Shown here one piece after another: positions 43,355 through 49,221 of a stretch of 49,221 nucleotides of DNA. The translations under genes were made by a program, and so were the position numbers. The notes beneath the pieces were generated by a model, which did not search any database, was not told the origin of the DNA, and was given only the letters and a program-made list of their open reading frames with translations. Within the stretch, counting starts at the first letter, position 1; every line of letters starts with the position of its first letter. The DNA lies in sequence record SRR31147125_5119; one strand, written 5' to 3'.

Positions 43355-44712
43355 TCAAACGTCAATTCCCAGCTGACTCATTTTTCTGTATAGAGTTGCT
43401 TCGCCCACACCCAATGTTTTTGCTGTTTTTCCCCTGTGAAAATCATGTAATTCCAGCTGACTTTTAATAAATTTTCTTTCAAAATTATCCACTGCCTCTT
43501 TCAAGCTGGATGATTTTGGCATAGGTGTCATCGAGGGAAGAGGGAAACGTAAATCCGTAGGCAGATCATTATATTTAATGTGATCTCCATTGGCAAATAT
43601 CATCAATCGTTCGACAAAATTTTCCAGTTCACGTACCTCGCCTTTCCAGGAGCGATTCATAAGCAAATCCATGACCTGGGGTTCAACACTTTTGACAGTT
43701 CTGTTCATCTGTCGATTATATTTGTCAATAAAGTGCCGGACTAACAAAGGGATATCTGTCCTGCGTTCCACAAGCGAAGGCAAATGAATGTCGATGACAT
43801 TCAAGCGATAATAAAGATCTTCACGAAAGCGTCCTTCTTTTACTTCCCGTTCAAGCTGCCGATTGGTTGCCGCTATTAATCTTACATCAACTTTAATATG
43901 AGTTGTGTCTCCAACCGGCAATATTTCATGACTTTCCAGGGCTCGTAGCAATTTAGCCTGTGCTGTCAGGGACATTTCGCTTATTTCATCCAAAAACAGA
44001 CTACCTCGATGTGCTACTTTAAAGAGACCATCTTTGTCGGTCACAGCACCGGTAAAAGAACCTCGCTTATGGCCAAAAAGTTCACTTTCAAAAAGTGTTT
44101 CTGTAATCGCACCGCAATTTATGGCCACAAATCGGCTGCGGCTGCGAGGCGAATTATAATGAATGGCTTTGGCTACAAGTTCTTTGCCGGTTCCACTATT
44201 ACCACTGATCAGCACATTGCTATCGCTGTCCGACACCTTTTTTATTGTTTCAAAAACTTTTTTAATCGCCGGGCTTTGGCCAATGATGTTGGAAAAGTCA
44301 TATTGCGCATTTATTTCCTGGCGTAAAGCCTGATTTTCAACGACCAGTTCTTTATGTTCAATGAGTTTTTCTACTTTTATGACCAGATCTTCAAAATTTA
44401 ATGGTTTTAATAAATAATCATATGCCCCTTTACGTAATGCTTCAATGGCTGTTTCCAGAGAAGCATAAGCAGTGATCATAATAAAGGATGCTCTATACTG
44501 AATGTGACTTGTTTGCTCGAGTAATTCGATTCCGTCCATTTTGGGCATTTCGATATCCGAGATCACGACATCGAATTCTCTTTTTTCAGGATTTCCAGTG
44601 CCTGCTCACCATCGGCAGCTTGTTCACATTCGAAACCCCGATTATCAAGGATTACATTCAGACTTTCCCGAATGATGTCGTCATCATCAACAATTAATAC
44701 TTTTTTAGCCAT
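43355..44712 (-). CDS. Sigma54-dependent (NtrC-family) response regulator, about 452 aa; split by one apparent frameshift
   Basis: KVLIVDDD receiver, SDIEMP phospho-Asp, GNSGTGKE, ESELFGH..GSFTGA, FREDLYYRL, Fis-type HTH. Joins (LKKREFDVVISD) with one base added to the T6 run at 44581-44586. Confidence 0.93.
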
Positions 44713-46603
44713 TTTGCTCTTTCCCTTGTTGTACGACGGCTGGTAAGGCAATCGTAAATGTTGTCCCTTTTCCTGCTTTGCTATCTACCTGTATCTGACC
44801 GTAAAAGCTTTTAATAATATTATAACTCACCCACAAACCCAGTCCGGTTCCTTTATCTTTTTCTTTAGTCGTAAAAAACGGTTCAAAGATGCGCGGTAAG
44901 CTTGCTTCCGGTATTCCAGGACCATTATCACTAATAGAAGCAAAAACCCATAATCCTTCACTCCAGGTTTTAATTTTCAGCTTACCATCTTTCTTTCCTT
45001 CCATAGCATCTGCTGCGTTCAGGCACATATTAACAAAAACCTGCAAAATCTGATCAAAACTTGCATTGACCAGTGGTAATTTTGCTTCAAAATCAGTTGT
45101 TATTTGATAATATTTCAACCTTTTGTCGTATTTAATGATTCGAAAAACCTGCTCAATGACATTGTTCAGATAGATTTTTTCAACTTTTTGAGCGATTGGT
45201 TTGGAAAAGTCGACCAGAGTACGGACTGTTCTGGATATGCGGTCAATCTGATGCTGGATAATAGAGATTTTGTCGTTAAAATAAGGATCGGTGGTTTTGG
45301 ATTTTAATAGCTGTGCTATTGCCGAAATGGCAGTGAGAGGTTTGCCAACCTCATGTGCAATCCCGACAACCAGGGTTCCCACAGCAGATAGTTTTTCTGA
45401 ATGAATTAACTGATCGCGAAATTTTTCTTGCTGAGTTATATCACGATAAATTTTACTACTGCCGATATAGTCCCCATTTTCATTTTTTATAGCTGTTTGG
45501 GTCACTTCGACCGTTACCTGATCTTCTGTATTTGTCAGTACTTGTGTTTTGTAGTTACGAACGAATCCTTTTTCCTTGACTTGTTTTCGAATCCATTCAT
45601 TTTGTTCAACAGCTTTTGCTGTACGGGGTACAATAATGGATATGGGTTTTCCGGTTACATATTTTTTTTCCCAGCCAAAGAGAGTTTCTGCTGCTTTATT
45701 CCACATGTTGATATTTTCTTTTTCATCTAAAATGATGATCGCATCAGCAGCATCATTGAGAATATTCTCAAAATATTGTTCATATTTTTTTAATGCCAGT
45801 TCGCGATTTGTTCTTTCTGTAAGGTCATAAACAAGAATGCTGGTACCTAAAATTTCATCCTGGATATTCTTTAATGGAGCGATTTTCAGGTTAATTGTTT
45901 TAATTTCATTGTTTGTTGCTATGATTCTTTTATCTGCAATTTCGCTTTCAGTGCCAAATTGAATTGTTTTTTTTACAGATTTGTAAAAACTATCATCCTC
46001 CTTCATAAAAGGCAATTCGGCAAAAACGTTTTGTCCTAAAATATCCACATCCGGTAGCTCGTAAAGCCTTTCCATGCCTTTATCCCAGTAAATCACATTT
46101 AAATTTCTGTCCAGCATAAACAGGCCAACGTCTGCGAAATCAACCACAAGCAAACCCAATTCACATGCTTTTGGAAGATCCTGTGGTAATAGTTCATTAA
46201 AGGGTGAGTATGATGAGCTGTCGTTATTTTGAAATCCAATGAGCAGGGGGGCTATAGAATCGTTTAAATAGCTAAAAGTCTTCAGGCTATTGACCGGCAT
46301 TGGGCAATATTTTACGATCAGCGAAAGTAAAATATATCGACTTAACAGGAGACCTTTTAAAGACACGCCCTCAGCGTCCTGAACTTTAGGGGCGAGCTGG
46401 TTAGATATCTGTTTTAGATGGTTAATGGAGGTATTTAATTCATTATCCACATAATAGATATTCAACGCTGTAACAATTTGTTGGGCAAAATTTTTTGCAT
46501 CCGAATTATCGTTATTAGGCAATAGAGGTTTCATTCTTTCATACAAACTTTTAACGATATCGTCATTATGATCAACTAGTATATTTCTGATAACGACTTT
46601 CAA
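44705..46603 (-). CDS. Cytoplasmic PAS-PAS sensor histidine kinase
   Basis: Two PAS domains, H-box AHEVGKPL, N-box [29 protein letters not shown] start after GAGGGAG; overlaps the regulator start by 8 nt. Confidence 0.92.
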   Translation of the reverse strand: MKVVIRNILVDHNDDIVKSLYERMKPLLPNNDNSDAKNFAQQIVTALNIYYVDNELNTSINHLKQISNQLAPKVQDAEGVSLKGLLLSRYILLSLIVKYCPMPVNSLKTFSYLNDSIAPLLIGFQNNDSSSYSPFNELLPQDLPKACELGLLVVDFADVGLFMLDRNLNVIYWDKGMERLYELPDVDILGQNVFAELPFMKEDDSFYKSVKKTIQFGTESEIADKRIIATNNEIKTINLKIAPLKNIQDEILGTSILVYDLTERTNRELALKKYEQYFENILNDAADAIIILDEKENINMWNKAAETLFGWEKKYVTGKPISIIVPRTAKAVEQNEWIRKQVKEKGFVRNYKTQVLTNTEDQVTVEVTQTAIKNENGDYIGSSKIYRDITQQEKFRDQLIHSEKLSAVGTLVVGIAHEVGKPLTAISAIAQLLKSKTTDPYFNDKISIIQHQIDRISRTVRTLVDFSKPIAQKVEKIYLNNVIEQVFRIIKYDKRLKYYQITTDFEAKLPLVNASFDQILQVFVNMCLNAADAMEGKKDGKLKIKTWSEGLWVFASISDNGPGIPEASLPRIFEPFFTTKEKDKGTGLGLWVSYNIIKSFYGQIQVDSKAGKGTTFTIALPAVVQQGKEQNG

Positions 46604-46890
46604 AAGATCTCCCTCAGTTTATCAAATATGGATTTTATAACTCGTGTATTAAACAAAATCAAAAGTATTAAATTTATATTCCTTTAGCAATTAAAAAAGG
46701 AGGTCATTCTCTCATGAAAAGATTATAGGCTCCTATTCTATGAATGTTAGAGAAAGATTAGAAAGATTGAATGTGGTGAGGATAGTTTGAAAACGTTTCA
46801 CGCACGTAAGCAGCTACTGAGCAGGATAGAAAAAACAGCAAATGCCGGATTTTATAATTAAAATGACAAGGTGCTGTGTAGAAAAATAAA

Positions 46891-46931
46891 GGTCATATAA
46901 ACCTGATTAAAAACATCAGGCTTATATGACC
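46891..46931 (-). terminator. Intrinsic terminator of tkt
   Basis: Minus strand GGTCATATAAGCCTGAT-N7-ATCAGGTTTATATGACC followed by TTTATTTTT. Confidence 0.85.
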
Positions 46932-46947
46932 AAAAGAGATTAAGAAA

Positions 46948-48960
46948 CTATGCTAATTCTTTTACTTTAGCAATAATATTTTCTAGAGTAAAACCATAGT
47001 TTTTAAAGACGGTTTTTGCAGGACCACTGGCACCAAATTTATCAATACCGATAATTTTACCATCGCTGCCTACCCATTCCTGCCAGCCAAAAGAAGTTGC
47101 TGCTTCGACTGCCACGCGGGCTGTAACGTCAGATGGAAATACCGAATCCTGATATTCTTTGGACTGTTTACGGAATAATTCCCAGCTTGGGAAACTGACG
47201 ACTCTGGCGTCAATGCCCTGTTCGCTTAATTGAACCTGAGCGTCAAGTACAAGCTGAACTTCAGAACCTGAAGCTATAAGAATCACATCCGGTTTATTAC
47301 CTTTTTCTTTGGATAAAACGTAGGCACCTTTGAGGACACCTTCCGCGCTGGCGAATTTGGAACGATCCACTGTAGGAAGACCCTGTCGGGTGAGTACCAG
47401 CATGGTCGGGCCGTCTTTGTGTAACATGGCTGCACGCCAGGCATAGGCTGTTTCGTTGGCATCTGCCGGGCGAATCAGGGTCAGATTTGGCATGGTACGG
47501 AAAGAGGCAATGTGTTCAATAGGTTGGTGGGTTGGTCCATCCTCACCAACTCCAATGGAATCATGTGTCATTACATAGGTGACAGGAATTTCCATAATGG
47601 ATGCTAAACGAATGGCCGGACGAGCATAGTCGGAAAAGACATAAAATGTACTCACGAATGTTCTCAAGCCGCCATGAACATGCATTCCGGAAGCACAGGC
47701 ACTCATGGCAAATTCGCGAACACCCCATGGAATGTTTCTGTTCTCATAGTGCCCTTTGCCAAAATAGCCACTGTTATTTAACAACGTTTTTGTTGATGGA
47801 GATAAATCAGCGCTGCCGCCAATCAAATGGGGCACTTTATTAGCAATGGCGTTCAGGACTTTACCTCCAACAGCACGTGATGCCAGGGAACCATCTTCCG
47901 CTTTAAACACGGGAATTTCACTGTCCCATCCTTCGGGAAGGTCACCATTCAAGGCACACTCGAACTGTTTGGCCAGGTCGGGATTTTTTTCTTTATAAGC
48001 ATTGAATGTGGTGTCCCACTGTTTTTCCAGCTCTTTACCTCTGGTTACAGCATTGACCATATGTTCTGCTACCTGTTCTGGTACGAGGAATTGTTCATCT
48101 TCGGGCCAGCCATAAAACTTTTTGGTCAATTTGATTTCTTCATCACCCAATGGGGCTCCGTGAGCTGTGGACGTATCCTGTAAATTCGGGGAACCATAAC
48201 CAATGTGAGTACGAACGATAATCATAGATGGCTTGTCAGATTCGTTCTGAGCATTTTCAATGGCTTTGCTAAGGGTTTCAAGGTCATTAGCATTGTCGCC
48301 GATATCCTGTACGTGCCAGCCATAACTTTCAAATCGTTTGCTCACATCATCAGAATAGGAGAGTTCTGTATCACCTTCAATTGTTATATGGTTATCATCA
48401 TAAAGTGCAATCAATTTACCCAAACCATAGTGCCCAGCAAGGGAAGCAGACTCGTGCGAAATGCCTTCCATCAGGTCGCCATCTCCACAAAAAACGTATG
48501 TAAAATGATCAACGATTTTTTCGTCTTTATTATAAACAGCAGCAAGGTGCGCTTCTGCGATGGCCATACCCACAGCATTAGTGAAACCCTGACCAAGAGG
48601 TCCGGTTGTGGTTTCCACACCTGGTGTCATACCATATTCCGGATGTCCTGGGGTTTTACTGCCCCATTGACGGAAATTTATTACTTCCTCTAAAGAAAGA
48701 TCATAGCCGGTCAGATGTAACATAGCGTACTGCAAAGTCGATGCATGGCCGTTTGACAAGACAAAGCGATCCCGGTTAAACCAGTTAGGATTTTTAGGAT
48801 TGTATCGTAAAAATTTTGTCCACAAAAGATAGGACATTGGAGCCAGGGCCATGGGCGTGCCCGGGTGTCCGGAATTTGCCTTTTGTACCGCATCCATGCA
48901 CAGAGTACGGATTGTATTTATACTCAGTTCTTCAATAGGCTTGTTTTCAAAAGAATTCAT
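46948..48960 (-). CDS. tkt: Transketolase
   Basis: SGHPG, RDRFVLSNGH, TTGPLGQG, GDGDLMEG TPP motif, THDSIGVGEDGPTHQP. Confidence 0.98.
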   Translation of the reverse strand: MNSFENKPIEELSINTIRTLCMDAVQKANSGHPGTPMALAPMSYLLWTKFLRYNPKNPNWFNRDRFVLSNGHASTLQYAMLHLTGYDLSLEEVINFRQWGSKTPGHPEYGMTPGVETTTGPLGQGFTNAVGMAIAEAHLAAVYNKDEKIVDHFTYVFCGDGDLMEGISHESASLAGHYGLGKLIALYDDNHITIEGDTELSYSDDVSKRFESYGWHVQDIGDNANDLETLSKAIENAQNESDKPSMIIVRTHIGYGSPNLQDTSTAHGAPLGDEEIKLTKKFYGWPEDEQFLVPEQVAEHMVNAVTRGKELEKQWDTTFNAYKEKNPDLAKQFECALNGDLPEGWDSEIPVFKAEDGSLASRAVGGKVLNAIANKVPHLIGGSADLSPSTKTLLNNSGYFGKGHYENRNIPWGVREFAMSACASGMHVHGGLRTFVSTFYVFSDYARPAIRLASIMEIPVTYVMTHDSIGVGEDGPTHQPIEHIASFRTMPNLTLIRPADANETAYAWRAAMLHKDGPTMLVLTRQGLPTVDRSKFASAEGVLKGAYVLSKEKGNKPDVILIASGSEVQLVLDAQVQLSEQGIDARVVSFPSWELFRKQSKEYQDSVFPSDVTARVAVEAATSFGWQEWVGSDGKIIGIDKFGASGPAKTVFKNYGFTLENIIAKVKELA

Positions 48961-49221
48961 CTGTTCCTCTCAATTTTTGTTTCAATATGTTCATTTCAGA
49001 TATATTATTTCTTAATTTTAGCAAATTAAAATAAAGTATTGAAAAATAAAAATAAAGTCAAGGTACAATTAGCGAACGTTAATTTAAGTTTTTGTTGTCG
49101 ATGGTGTAACATGTTTATTTTATTGTAAATACTGTTGTATTAGTTGTAAGCAGGTATAGAGTTTGGTTTGTCGATTTACAGATTATGAAAAAACTCAGGA
49201 TACCCCGAAAATTTGCAAAAA

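Noticed and set aside
46-44712. Calling the eight split genes pseudogenes or programmed frameshifts
   Set aside because: All breaks are one-base losses in homopolymer runs, with no in-frame nonsense codons and no shared slippery site; sequencing error is the simplest explanation.
715-48893. The many 60-200 aa ORFs nested in or antisense to annotated genes (for example 2004..2627 and 48205..48693)
   Set aside because: Shadow frames of well-conserved genes, with no motifs of their own.

Overview
A 49.2-kb, AT-leaning bacterial chromosomal window made mostly of core metabolic and housekeeping genes. A TonB-dependent receptor indicates a Gram-negative host; an FCB-related lineage such as KSB1/Calditrichota is only a guess. 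Gene content, in order: M16 zinc peptidase, an orphan outer-membrane-like protein, thiN, recQ, TonB-dependent receptor, MATE pump, an rrf2-metY-metX-metW cluster, a reduced ilvD-ilvB-leuC-leuD operon, gltB-gltD, a secreted TPR protein, uvrA, tRNA-Lys(UUU), a GT2 glycosyltransferase, bioY plus a BadF-type sugar kinase, a GHMP-fold protein-plsY-rnz-EamA-HD-GYP-yjbQ run, a PAS histidine kinase with a sigma54 response regulator, and tkt. Eight genes are split at nine points, each repaired by adding one base to a homopolymer run, which most likely reflects long-read sequencing error rather than pseudogenes. I saw no mobile element, CRISPR array or defence island. The most interesting signals are non-coding: a multi-stem terminator/antiterminator leader ahead of gltB that I cannot match to a known riboswitch, a Leu/Ile-rich leader peptide ahead of ilvD, and a Met-Cys-Met mini-ORF inside a hairpin ahead of metX. 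Also notable is a galactokinase-fold protein whose catalytic motifs are all degenerate (candidate pseudokinase). All structures were paired by eye; no folding or database search was run.
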